Assembly: GCA_963845535.1 (NCBI GenBank)
Contig: CAWJSK010000018.1
Coordinates: 32,001-96,000 of the forward strand
Source: an uncultured Spirochaetota bacterium
GTDB taxonomy: Bacteria; Spirochaetota; Spirochaetia; SZUA-6; Fen-1364
Length of the DNA stretch: 64,000 bases
Direction: 5' to 3'
Made by a program: the position numbers and the translations under genes. Of this stretch, positions 29,285 to 38,860 are shown one piece after another. The notes under the pieces are model-generated. The model did no database searches. It saw nothing but the letters and a program-made list of their open reading frames with translations, and had not been told where the DNA came from. Within the stretch, counting starts at the first letter, position 1. Every line of letters begins with the position of its first letter.

Positions 29285-30778
29285 CTATGGCTTGCTGGTG
29301 ACGAACTGTTTGCCATCCTTCTTGCATATCAACTGTATTGTGTGATTTCCGGACATCACTGCCGTGGGCATGCCACCACCCGGGTTGACCCACTGCCCTG
29401 CCATGTAGAAGCTATCCAGCCCCGGCAAGGTCTTTTTCATGCCCGATAACAGGTTTTTGCTGTCGAACATCCACCCTTCGTAGGCCCCCCGCCAGTTGCC
29501 GGTGTATCGTTCCCAGGTGATAGGGGTTGCCACATCTCGCATCTCTATCTGCCCGGTGATACCAGGGAAACGCTCCTCCAACCCGGCGATGACATCATCC
29601 GCGATCTTTTCCTTCTCTGCCCGATAGGCCTCAGGGTTCTGCCTCAGATTTTTCCAGTAATCGTAGTCGCTCTCGAAAGCCACCACTGCCACGTTTTTTC
29701 CAACGGGTGAAAGAGCAGGGTCGAAGTTATAAAGGCGCAAGTTCAGTTTGGTTTGTTCTTTACCAGCGACCATGAACGGCTTTTTCAGCGGATATCTGAA
29801 TCCGTTAATCGTCGGAGGGACGTCTTCAAATTTTCGGTTCACGCCCAGCGCTACATACACCAGCGGCGCAAAGATATTGGGATTATTGTACTTGCTTCTT
29901 AGCTTGTCATCGATGTATTTGCCACCCAGCATTTCGAATATCGTGGTACGGCCATCCGCGGCGGAAATCACCCAGTCAGCGCGATGTTCCATGCCGTCTG
30001 CGAGCTTGGTGCCTACTGCTCTGCCGTTTTCAACAAGGATTTTCTCAACTCTGGCATTAAAGTGGATTTTTCCTCCTAGCGCTTTATATCGTTTCTCTAT
30101 TGCGTTCACCAGGGCCAGCGCCCCGCCGATGACATACCCGGCGACTTTCTGGTGCTGCATCCCTAACGTCATCAGCGACATTACCAGCGGGAAGTCTCCG
30201 CCGAAAGCAGAGACGAACATCTCCCGCATAAAAGGATTCTTAAAATGCTGCGCGTATTCCTCCGCGGTAATCCTTCCCCACTTACGCATGAAGACCAAGT
30301 AAGAAGCCATTCTCATCATTTTTAGCTTATCGAAAAAGCTGTAGAGCTCGGCAGGCTTATCCACCGGCATCTCGATGATCAGAGAACGTATCGCGGCGGT
30401 CAGTTCTTTGATTGGACTCTCATCCTCCGGGGCCAGTTCCAGCAGATACTCTTCCATACGATCGGCATCGCAAAAGACTGTAAAAGCCTTGCCCTCTTCA
30501 TTCTCGACAATTGATTGGCGGTCGTTGTTATAGATTTCCCAGCATGGCGCCGCCCCCAACTCTTCCCAGAATCGATAAAAACTCGCACCGGGTCTGGTGC
30601 CCATGAGCCAGTTCATGGCGCCGTCGACTGTGTAGCCCTTGCGTTCCCAGGCGGTAGCCACGCCTCCAGCGATGTTGTGCATTTCAAAAATGGTTGTCTT
30701 GTAGCCGTTCATCCTTCCATAGCAGCCGGCGGCAAGCCCTGTCAGCCCGCCTCCGATGATGATAATCGATTTTTCCAT
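29285..30778 (-). CDS. FAD-dependent oxidoreductase, phytoene-desaturase-like
   Basis: IIGGGLTGL, EMH.IAGG, ATP.TWERYTGNWRGAYEGW, AGQWVNPGGG. Confidence 0.9.
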   Translation of the reverse strand: MEKSIIIIGGGLTGLAAGCYGRMNGYKTTIFEMHNIAGGVATAWERKGYTVDGAMNWLMGTRPGASFYRFWEELGAAPCWEIYNNDRQSIVENEEGKAFTVFCDADRMEEYLLELAPEDESPIKELTAAIRSLIIEMPVDKPAELYSFFDKLKMMRMASYLVFMRKWGRITAEEYAQHFKNPFMREMFVSAFGGDFPLVMSLMTLGMQHQKVAGYVIGGALALVNAIEKRYKALGGKIHFNARVEKILVENGRAVGTKLADGMEHRADWVISAADGRTTIFEMLGGKYIDDKLRSKYNNPNIFAPLVYVALGVNRKFEDVPPTINGFRYPLKKPFMVAGKEQTKLNLRLYNFDPALSPVGKNVAVVAFESDYDYWKNLRQNPEAYRAEKEKIADDVIAGLEERFPGITGQIEMRDVATPITWERYTGNWRGAYEGWMFDSKNLLSGMKKTLPGLDSFYMAGQWVNPGGGMPTAVMSGNHTIQLICKKDGKQFVTSKP

Positions 30779-30869
30779 GGCTCCTCTCGATCATCTTTAA
30801 CACCATTCCAGGCATTCTAAGCCCCCAAACCAATAGAGGTGTGGAAAAACGAGTTCGAGCGGCTCAGGC

Positions 30870-31106
30870 GTGGAGGTTCTTGCTCCTGCAGGACGCGCGA
30901 CAGTGGGCGTCATCGAGCCGGGGCAATACACGTTCTCCACTTCCTCGGAAGAGCATATAGTCCGGATCGAGGGGACTATGCGCGTGAAGCTTCCTGGCGG
31001 CGACTGGCAGAACGTCCAGAAAGGCCGAGAGATTGTGGTGCAGCGCAATGTCTCATTTGACATCGAAGCCGAGGCGGATGTCGCCTCCATCTGTCACTAT
31101 CGCTGA
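30870..31106 (+). pseudogene. ppnP: Pyrimidine/purine nucleoside phosphorylase, N-terminally truncated
   Basis: GRATVGVIEPGQYTFSTSSEE...VKLPG..W...ICHY; conserved N-terminal NEYF.GKV segment absent in this frame. Confidence 0.7.
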
Positions 31107-31201
31107 AGGCGTCCAGAGTGGGCGGTCGGCGCGTCACTTTTGACGGACGCTCAACCAGGGGTCGTCCCTGGCCCTCAAGGGGCGCATTCCAGGGAGGAAA
31201 A

Positions 31202-31609
31202 ATGCAGACGAAAGAGCTCGATTCACATGATAGGGAACTTGTTGAGGCTGCGATTGACGTGATACGCAGGAACTACCAAGATCAGCGACACACTGTTGGC
31301 GCGGCTGTGCTCAGTTCCTCTGGCAAGATTTTCTCCGCGGTGAACCTTGACTCGTGCGGGTACGGACCTTGTGCAGAACCAATCGCGTTAGGGGCGGCAA
31401 TCAGCAATGGTGAAACATCTTTTCATACGATTGTGGCAGTCTCTGGAACGGGCAACTATTATCCAGTCCTGCCGCCATGCGGCAATTGTAGACAACTGCT
31501 TCTTGATTACGCCCATGGCATCATGGTTGTACTTTCGATCGAAGACCGGCTTCTGAAGGTGGATCTGGAGAATCTCTTGCCATTCGCCTACAAGAAACGA
31601 ACCCCCTGA
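31202..31609 (+). CDS. Cytidine deaminase family, blasticidin-S deaminase-like
   Basis: GGAGG RBS; HTVGAA, CAEPIALG, TIVAV, PCGNCRQLL.DY. Confidence 0.88.
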   Translation: MQTKELDSHDRELVEAAIDVIRRNYQDQRHTVGAAVLSSSGKIFSAVNLDSCGYGPCAEPIALGAAISNGETSFHTIVAVSGTGNYYPVLPPCGNCRQLLLDYAHGIMVVLSIEDRLLKVDLENLLPFAYKKRTP

Positions 31610-31676
31610 AGGAGAGAGGAGCGTCCAATGGATGAGGCGCATGCGCCGATTGCTGCTGCTGCATCGACTACCCCCA

Positions 31677-32822
31677 CTAGTACAAAAGGATCAGTCCGCC
31701 ACCCAGGATGATCGAGTTGCCATCAATACGTTGCCCTTCGAATGGGAAAGCTGCGTAAATCGTGAAGTTCAGAAAGTTCAATAGACTGAGGTAGGCCCCA
31801 AAGCCGGTGGAAGCCAGAAAACCTCCCGGCGTGTTATTGGGATCATCGAAATACCCGTCGTAGTATTCGGCGTCGAGGAATGCGTACAGGCCTGGAACAA
31901 GGTCATTCGAGATGATGGATGGGCCGGTTACACGAACATCAAAATTGTTCAACGCCTTGAAATCCGCTCCAAAGCGCCCATTTTCGAACCCGCGGATCGT
32001 CGTGTCTACGCTCGTACGCATGAACCGTCCACCAAAACTTTCGAATACAGAGAATGGGATAGAGCTTCCTCCTGCGTAATCCACGGAGAAATAGTCCGCC
32101 AGGTAGATGCTGAATAGGTTTTTCGGCCCTCTCAAGGGCGACGTATAAAGTGTCTTGAACCCTTCCACGGTGCCGTTCAAGCGGTAGTAATCGGCTTGAC
32201 CGTCGCTGTTTAGAAGGAAGCGGGGTCCCCACTCTCCGGAGGCTTCTGCGTAGATGCCGTCCCGCGTCCTGTGGACCTTGTCCTTGATGATGGAATTGTA
32301 CGACAGCCCGGCATGAAGCGCATTGCTTAGAATCTCGACTCGGTCCGGCAAGTTGGATGAAAGGATCAACGGGTTTGAATTGCCCGGCGCTGGGAAGTCG
32401 TAATCGAAATGAGTTCGATAGAAAAGAAATGCTTCCAGGAGATTGTGTTTTGCTTCGGAGCTCCACAGGAGCCCTTGGCGAACTCCAACGTCGTTCCGAA
32501 GCTCAGCCTGGCTGAAGGTCGTCGGTGCGTCATGGGCGCCCGTATATAAACTGCCGTCAGGGTTGCGGTAAAAGTCGTTGAGCTGCAAACCTCCCGCAAA
32601 ATCGTCTTCAATAATGGTGTCGAGCCCTTTGACGATGTGGGGCGCCTCAAACAGAACGTTCACCCACGCACCCGACGGTACCAATCCGCCGAGCCAGTAC
32701 GTATAGAGGTTGTAAATCACGAAGGTAATCGGACCGGTCGGATTAGTCGGCTCACACCATCCTTGTAGACCGTTATTCGATAACACAAGCGCAAATAGGA
32801 TCATCGCCCGTGCCTTTTTCAA
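31677..32822 (-). CDS. Omp85/BamA-TamA-like beta-barrel without POTRA domains
   Basis: Signal-like N-terminus, TRDGIYAE, FGG...IRGFENGRF, LYAFLDA, ASTGFG, terminal Tyr. Confidence 0.6.
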   Translation of the reverse strand: MKKARAMILFALVLSNNGLQGWCEPTNPTGPITFVIYNLYTYWLGGLVPSGAWVNVLFEAPHIVKGLDTIIEDDFAGGLQLNDFYRNPDGSLYTGAHDAPTTFSQAELRNDVGVRQGLLWSSEAKHNLLEAFLFYRTHFDYDFPAPGNSNPLILSSNLPDRVEILSNALHAGLSYNSIIKDKVHRTRDGIYAEASGEWGPRFLLNSDGQADYYRLNGTVEGFKTLYTSPLRGPKNLFSIYLADYFSVDYAGGSSIPFSVFESFGGRFMRTSVDTTIRGFENGRFGADFKALNNFDVRVTGPSIISNDLVPGLYAFLDAEYYDGYFDDPNNTPGGFLASTGFGAYLSLLNFLNFTIYAAFPFEGQRIDGNSIILGGGLILLY

Positions 32823-32858
32823 AAAAGTCTCCTCTTCTCCGCACGACGACGGTTCCCA

Positions 32859-34349
32859 CTAATGACTCTCGAGGACCACTTCCGCGTATTGGTGTATCAA
32901 CCCGTCCAGCAGCGGTTCATGCTCTCCTTTCAGGTATTTGTCGAAGAATGCCAAAGAGTAGGCGTTGACGATGTCCCACATCCGTTTGCCGTCCACGGGT
33001 CCGGTCAGACCGAACTGTGACGTGAGCGGGGACCAGAATGGTGCATCGGTAAAGTTGACATGGAACATGCCTGGCATGTCGAGGAAGTAGGCGCTCCCCG
33101 GCAGATGCTTGTCGAAAACTGCCCGCATGGTGGTCAAGGTCTCGGTGATGGACGCCTCCGGCCAGCCGCCTGATCTGGATCTTTCCAGGCGCATGTCGCT
33201 GGCAGGTCGCGTGATCCACATGCAAGGCTGAAGCAATCCGGCCCGGGCGACATCTGCCGGCATGGCGGCATCCATCATGAGGGACGCCTTGATCCGCGCA
33301 TCCCTGTGAGAGGCTTCGCCAGCAACCATGGCGCCCAGGGAGATTCCAAAAACGCCGACGCGCTGTAGATCCAGCCGTCCGGCCAGGCGATCATTCGGGT
33401 CTCTCGTATTCAGCTCAGCGAGCTGATCTATGGCGAAAATCGCGTCCTGGGCGAAGTAGGGGATAATTCCGTTCTCGAGAACATGACCATTCAGTTTGGG
33501 CGCATCCGGTCCAGGGGTAATACTTTGCTGAATGAGAGCCTGTATCTTTTCCCTTGGCAGTACGATTACCCGGCGGCCGTCCGGGAAGCACACCGCCGCG
33601 GAACCGCCCGGCTGGTCAAGACCGACAACGACGTAGCCATGCGAAACCAGCTCTTCAATCTGAAAAGTGTTCGACCCGCGGAAGCCACCAAGACCTGAGA
33701 GAAATATAAGTACCGGATAGCTCGGCATATCATCTGCCACCGGTGCATGGCCGGCTGCGTTGGACATCACGTATTTGAAATGCGCAAAGAAAAAGCTCGG
33801 CAAGTGAACAATACGAGCCATTGCGGCCCCAACCGCGCCGGCATTTTCCATGTAAGGAACGCGCGGCGCCGAGGGTTCATCCTTGGCGGGGTACCACACC
33901 TGCGCAATAAGCTCGCGATGATCATTCGGGTCTGCGCTGAAGAGCTCCGAACGGCTGGTATCAACCCAATGATAGGTCACCGAGCCAACGGCGTATGGTC
34001 CCGTGGGTTTGGGAAGGCGAAATACCGGCAGCGCAACCGGCAAAGCGGCGGAAACGGCCAGCGCGAGCGTTCCCAACCCAATGCCCAGGCCGGCCACAAG
34101 TCGACCGACATGGATACGGCCGGCCGCGGTGACACCGAGCAGCCAGATCAGGAAGAAGGCGGTCGTCAGGGCGTAGGCAGGAATCATCTGCCAGCGGGGA
34201 CCCTCGGCGAGCACTTGTACGCCTGCGATCAACACCGTGATGAGCGCGACAAATCCCAACAAGCGTTCGGCGCGAAGCCGCGGAATCGCCAGGGAGAAAA
34301 ACGTCAGCATGTTCGCAAGGGACAATACGCTCTCGAGAGCTCTCATCAT
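32859..34349 (-). CDS. Membrane-anchored PAF-acetylhydrolase-like alpha/beta hydrolase
   Basis: RWQMIPAY TM region, P.PTGPYAVG, QVWYPA, EELVSHGYVV, GISLG nucleophile elbow, H.NFTD. Confidence 0.88.
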   Translation of the reverse strand: MMRALESVLSLANMLTFFSLAIPRLRAERLLGFVALITVLIAGVQVLAEGPRWQMIPAYALTTAFFLIWLLGVTAAGRIHVGRLVAGLGIGLGTLALAVSAALPVALPVFRLPKPTGPYAVGSVTYHWVDTSRSELFSADPNDHRELIAQVWYPAKDEPSAPRVPYMENAGAVGAAMARIVHLPSFFFAHFKYVMSNAAGHAPVADDMPSYPVLIFLSGLGGFRGSNTFQIEELVSHGYVVVGLDQPGGSAAVCFPDGRRVIVLPREKIQALIQQSITPGPDAPKLNGHVLENGIIPYFAQDAIFAIDQLAELNTRDPNDRLAGRLDLQRVGVFGISLGAMVAGEASHRDARIKASLMMDAAMPADVARAGLLQPCMWITRPASDMRLERSRSGGWPEASITETLTTMRAVFDKHLPGSAYFLDMPGMFHVNFTDAPFWSPLTSQFGLTGPVDGKRMWDIVNAYSLAFFDKYLKGEHEPLLDGLIHQYAEVVLESH

Positions 34350-35125
34350 CGGGATCCTTTTGTGAACGCCTTCGGTCCCCAAACCGCTATGACCAGGACC
34401 CCGATCAGAGCCAGGACAGGTCCTGAGAAACGCGGATCGTAGAGGGAACCGTTGACAGGGAAAAGCTGCCAGGTGAGGTTGGACATCGCGTGGACAAGCG
34501 CCGCCACGGAAACGCTTCGGCCCGTGTTGTTGTAAAACCAGACGATGATCACCCGCAACGCAATGGTATTCAGGGTCCACCACACAACGAACCCGAGCGA
34601 TCGGCGGGCTTCTGCCAAGGGAACGTAATGCCAGGCAGCCCACACAACACCGATGACCAACGCAGCAGCAAGAGCGCCAAAGCGCTCCTGCAACGGATCA
34701 ATCGCATATCCAGACCAACCGAGCTCCTCGCAAAGGCCACCTGCGAGGAACACGAGGAACAATCCGAGCGTCCGTACGATAGGGACCTGCAGCGACGGCA
34801 GCGGCGTCCCCGTCAGACGCATCGCTCCATACGCCGCAAGCGAGGCGAGCGGCATCAGAAGAATCGTTGGCAGATACCATGCCTTTGATTTGGTACGACC
34901 AAGATCGAAAGATCTCTTCAACAAATCCTTGACGCCGTTTGCGCCGTTCTCCCGGTACGAGAGAATGGCGGCCGCCACCACCGGGCAGACGACTCCAAGC
35001 GAGCTCAGTGAGAGGGCGGGCAGCAACTGAAGGCCTGATAAGGCGCCCAGCAGATAGAACGGAAGACTGAGCGCCACTGTCAGAAAGAAGTACAGCAACG
35101 CCGACCTGACTGTCCGTTGTTTCAT
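34346..35125 (-). CDS. CPBP intramembrane metalloprotease
   Basis: EELGWSGY, WAAWH, YNNTGRS..AALVHAMSN. Confidence 0.9.
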   Translation of the reverse strand: MKQRTVRSALLYFFLTVALSLPFYLLGALSGLQLLPALSLSSLGVVCPVVAAAILSYRENGANGVKDLLKRSFDLGRTKSKAWYLPTILLMPLASLAAYGAMRLTGTPLPSLQVPIVRTLGLFLVFLAGGLCEELGWSGYAIDPLQERFGALAAALVIGVVWAAWHYVPLAEARRSLGFVVWWTLNTIALRVIIVWFYNNTGRSVSVAALVHAMSNLTWQLFPVNGSLYDPRFSGPVLALIGVLVIAVWGPKAFTKGSR

Positions 35126-35161
35126 GAGCAAAATAGTGTCGCCGGTGAGACATGGGAACAA

Positions 35162-35199
35162 TGCGGAAAACCACGTATTCCTCTACGTATTCGCACGCA
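35162..35199. promoter_or_regulatory. Two imperfect 16-bp palindromes, candidate LuxR boxes
   Basis: TGCGGA-AAAC-CACGTA (35162) and TACGTA-TTCG-CACGCA (35184), 22 bp apart in a divergent intergenic region. Confidence 0.45.
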
Positions 35200-35256
35200 G
35201 TTGATGGCTCAACGCGACTTGGCCGGCGTGCGGCTGCACGGTATCATTGCGTCACG

Positions 35257-36171
35257 ATGCTGACCCTCTCCGTGTACCTGTCTGTCGTGGTTTTTCTCAT
35301 GGGAACTTCTGCAACAACCCTTTGCTTCGCCTGCTACGGCACGTTCAGACATCGCGCTGCCTTCTGGCTGTCTTTGTGCATGACAGGGCTTTCACTCTTC
35401 GCGCTTACGATCCTTGTTTCGCAAATTGGGAACATGGTGGATAGGACCGACACGGCCGCGGGACCGCGCAGCTTCGGTCTCCTCTGGCAAGCACTGGCTT
35501 CCATCCTTGTTGCCCATTCGCTGCCGCGTTTTCTTCTGGCGGCTTTTGGAGGAGCGCCTCGCAAGGTGACGTATCGCCTTCTGGATGCCGCAACGGCAGT
35601 TATCGTTGTTCTCTCTGTAATCCGCGTTGCAACGGGGTGGAGAGAGGCAGCCGCGGTTGCAGCTCTCCCCAACAGCATCCTGCGGATCGTTCTGTTTGCA
35701 TTAGTTGGAGGCGCGCTCGCCCTGACCCTTGCTTTCCAGCCACGACTTCCCGACCGCAGCCTCTACAAGACGGTTGTCGTCCAGACAGGCGCCCTGACCC
35801 TCCTGTTCCCCTTCGTGATCCTGGAAGACTTGGGCTTGTTCGCTCCTTCCGCCTTTCCGTTCCTGGCCGGCGAGGTGTTGATAATGGCAACCTCCGTATC
35901 GGCTGCGTTGCATGCGAGAAAAAGCCTGATGAGGCCGAAATACGTCGTCGATAAAGCGCCGTCCCCATACTTTGTCGAGCATTTCGGTATCAGCGGGCGC
36001 GAGCTTGAAATAGTTTCAGGCGTGCTCGAGGGACTCAGCAATAATGCAATCGCGGACCGGCTCTTCATCTCTCCCCGCACTGTCGAGAAGCATCTCTACA
36101 ACATCTATCAGAAGACGGGAATAAAAAACCGACTGCAGCTTTTCAATCTGCTGAGGTCGGATGCGCTATGA
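35257..36171 (+). CDS. Membrane-embedded LuxR-family regulator
   Basis: About 7 TM then ISGRELEIV..GLSN.AIADRLFISPRTVEKHLYNIYQK. Confidence 0.9.
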   Translation: MLTLSVYLSVVVFLMGTSATTLCFACYGTFRHRAAFWLSLCMTGLSLFALTILVSQIGNMVDRTDTAAGPRSFGLLWQALASILVAHSLPRFLLAAFGGAPRKVTYRLLDAATAVIVVLSVIRVATGWREAAAVAALPNSILRIVLFALVGGALALTLAFQPRLPDRSLYKTVVVQTGALTLLFPFVILEDLGLFAPSAFPFLAGEVLIMATSVSAALHARKSLMRPKYVVDKAPSPYFVEHFGISGRELEIVSGVLEGLSNNAIADRLFISPRTVEKHLYNIYQKTGIKNRLQLFNLLRSDAL

Positions 36172-36292
36172 CCTGCCTGCGTAAAATCATATATAGACTG
36201 CTCCAAAAAGTTTGCAGAACTCTCCTCGAAGCTGACCGACGCGATGATGGAGTGGAAGCAGTCACTCTTTGGTTGAACATCTTTTTTGGTCT

Positions 36293-37333
36293 TCATTTCA
36301 TGTCGCCCGCAGCGAAGTGTTGGAACAGATGCTTCTTGAGCGCCCTCAGTGCCGGCAGGCGCTTCGTAACAGACAGCTCACAACCAAGGATACTGGCTGA
36401 CTTCGTCAGCGCCGCAACAAGAGCTCGTCGAGGGACGTGGATGGCTTGCGGGATCCGAGAATGCTCTTTTATGAGCTCGAGTAACTGCCCGTTCAACGCC
36501 CAGGCCTTTAGGTCAGGATCATCTGCCTGCTCAAGAAGCTCAAGGCTCAAGCCGAGCCCGCTCTGTTGATCGACCCAGCACATGGCCACGGGGTAGTAAG
36601 GTCGTTCATCTCGGGACTCCTGTGTCGGCGTGGGCACGTAAAAAAGGTCTGTTTCCCAGATCCCTTCCCGCCTGGCCGTCGAGCTTTTCAGTCTTGCGGT
36701 CTCAGCTTCGTCAACCACGGGTTCTTGAAGTGGTACAACAGGAGGGGGAACTGGCTCCATCCACTGATCGATCCAACCTCCATCCCCTGCCATTGCGCGA
36801 ACGAAAAGCTCCTTCGCCCGAGGCGGTTTCAGCAATTCCGGCTCGGATCGTAACCGCGAACATACCACAAAGGCTTGCCGCAGCACTTCAGTAAGGAAAA
36901 TGACTTCCGATCCATCGAGACGCCAGGGGTACCATCCGCGTCGATGACTCCTGAATTGCGGCCAACTGTTCCGTCCTCGAAAGGTAAGGTCGAGCGATTT
37001 TATGAGGGCGAGGTCGCTGGCTTCCAGTCCCTGGCGGTTTTCAAACGACGCCATAAGGCACGGGAATCCAAAACGGATTTCATCGTCGTATGCCCCTAGT
37101 TTGCCAACCTGGATTCTGCTGTGGATGCTGAGCCCGGCGGCGCCGAGGTAGGCGGCCAAACCGAAAACCTCTCCTCTCAAGCCCAGTACGGCACACCACG
37201 CAGTCTCTCTGCTGACCGGATCCACTACCCCGAAAACCATGCTGTCATCCATCCAGTTCCAAGGGCCGACCTCGCGGAATGCATGGGCAGCAGCGAAAAG
37301 GTCCTTCCATTGTGCTTTCAGTGCTTCGGTCAT
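36293..37333 (-). CDS. Conserved hypothetical protein
   Basis: PW.WM.D..FGV.DP, VLG..GE..GLA.Y.G, FRGRN.WPQFRS...G.YPW; clean 346-aa ORF. Confidence 0.75.
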   Translation of the reverse strand: MTEALKAQWKDLFAAAHAFREVGPWNWMDDSMVFGVVDPVSRETAWCAVLGLRGEVFGLAAYLGAAGLSIHSRIQVGKLGAYDDEIRFGFPCLMASFENRQGLEASDLALIKSLDLTFRGRNSWPQFRSHRRGWYPWRLDGSEVIFLTEVLRQAFVVCSRLRSEPELLKPPRAKELFVRAMAGDGGWIDQWMEPVPPPVVPLQEPVVDEAETARLKSSTARREGIWETDLFYVPTPTQESRDERPYYPVAMCWVDQQSGLGLSLELLEQADDPDLKAWALNGQLLELIKEHSRIPQAIHVPRRALVAALTKSASILGCELSVTKRLPALRALKKHLFQHFAAGDMK

Positions 37334-37514
37334 GACGGGAGAATATCGGAGACAGCCGTAGCCTGTGAATCACCTCGTAGGCCTCCTTTCGGCGGTTGCC
37401 AGGCGCTTCAGATCGTCGCCGGTAGCTATCCGATTGTCCGTTGTCAACAAATCGCTCCCTCATCCCGCCCACCGAAATGAAGGAGCGACGTTGAGACTAT
37501 CCTCGCGCCTGGGA

Positions 37515-37973
37515 CTACTCGGCAGCGGTCTTCATCTGCACAATCATTACTTGGTTCCCGTCCGGGTCCGCCAGACTGAACCAAGCGGCCCACGGCGACC
37601 CTTTCCAGGTTTCTTTCGTGAGCTCGTGGGTTGGCGCGATGCCTTTAGCTTTGATTGCCTTATACAACGACTCGGCGTCGGAGGTCGTAAAGTACAACTT
37701 CTGGGTCCCTGGCCTGAGGTTCTCCGTGTTCGCAGCCTGCAACAGACTCATGGATGCCCCGCCGCCGGGCAGACTCAGAGAGACCCATCGTTGTCCGCCT
37801 TGGCTGTAATCCTGCGTGGCCTTCAAGCCCAGGGCTGAGGTGTAGAACCCTTCGGATTTGTTCATGTCGTGGACCGCAATGCTGATCATCAGCAGTTTGT
37901 CCGCCGTCACCTGCTGGGAATACACGGTCGGTATCGCCGCGAGGGCCAAACATACTGTAAGAATGTATTTCAT
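37515..37973 (-). CDS. VOC/glyoxalase-family protein with signal peptide
   Basis: AGGAGG RBS; IAVHDM.KS..FY..LGL, F...DPDGN. Confidence 0.85.
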   Translation of the reverse strand: MKYILTVCLALAAIPTVYSQQVTADKLLMISIAVHDMNKSEGFYTSALGLKATQDYSQGGQRWVSLSLPGGGASMSLLQAANTENLRPGTQKLYFTTSDAESLYKAIKAKGIAPTHELTKETWKGSPWAAWFSLADPDGNQVMIVQMKTAAE

Positions 37974-38112
37974 CGCTTTTCCTCCTGCACTGAGTAGTCG
38001 AACGGGAAGAGGAGAAAGGGACAAGAGTGCCCGCCTTCTTTTGATGCGAGCGTGTTGGAGGGCGCAAGGAGGAATTACCCGCCAAAGGAGAGCGGACAAA
38101 GGTCATTCCGCT

Positions 38113-38565
38113 TTATTCGGCATGCACCTCGAAATACGAGACAATCCATCCCCGTTGTGTGTGCCGTAGTCGAACGAGGAAAGGAAGTCCAACATGAAAA
38201 TTGACGTAGAGGACATCCGGATCCACCTGAGCTCTGCGAATGATCCTGACGATACGCTGGGCTCGCGACTGTGTGGGCCTCACCGACTCAACGGAAACAG
38301 GATGCTTCGATGACACGAGAAAGACGACATCCTCATTCGCGGCAAACACGCGCACGTTCGTTCCGACATCGCTCCCTTGGTCGGTCAATTTGTAAGCATC
38401 GTTGATCCTGCCATTCTGCAGATCCGCGACGAAGCGAAACGCCAACCCCATGGCCTCATGCGGCGCGGAAGGACGGAAAAAGAAAAGGGCGAGGGCGAGA
38501 ATAGTCGCCATGCCTACTGCCGAAAGCAGGAAGAAAATCGGCATCTCCAAGTGGATCCTTGTCAT
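38113..38565 (-). CDS. Hypothetical single-TM protein
   Basis: GGAGG RBS, N-terminal TM, F..DL..G...AY.LT. Confidence 0.55.
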   Translation of the reverse strand: MTRIHLEMPIFFLLSAVGMATILALALFFFRPSAPHEAMGLAFRFVADLQNGRINDAYKLTDQGSDVGTNVRVFAANEDVVFLVSSKHPVSVESVRPTQSRAQRIVRIIRRAQVDPDVLYVNFHVGLPFLVRLRHTQRGWIVSYFEVHAE

Positions 38566-38860
38566 GAACTTTGTTCCTCCCGTTCGGACCGGGCCCGCAG
38601 AAAGGCAAGAGGTGGCGCGAAGAAGCCCATAGATGACAATCCGGTCCGTCCCCAAATATGACACACGGGAAGCCCGTAGAAAATCCCGCCACGGCCCGCC
38701 ACGCGCGGCGGTTGGTGGGATTTTGAGCGCTCCCCAAGTCCTGAGGAGGTCTTGCTGCAGGGCCAAAAACTTATCCGCTCTTCTTTAATGACCAAAAAAC
38801 CGTATTGGGATTCCCGCTGCTACGGGCGGAACTGCGAGCTCGTTCCTGGCAAGACTCCTA

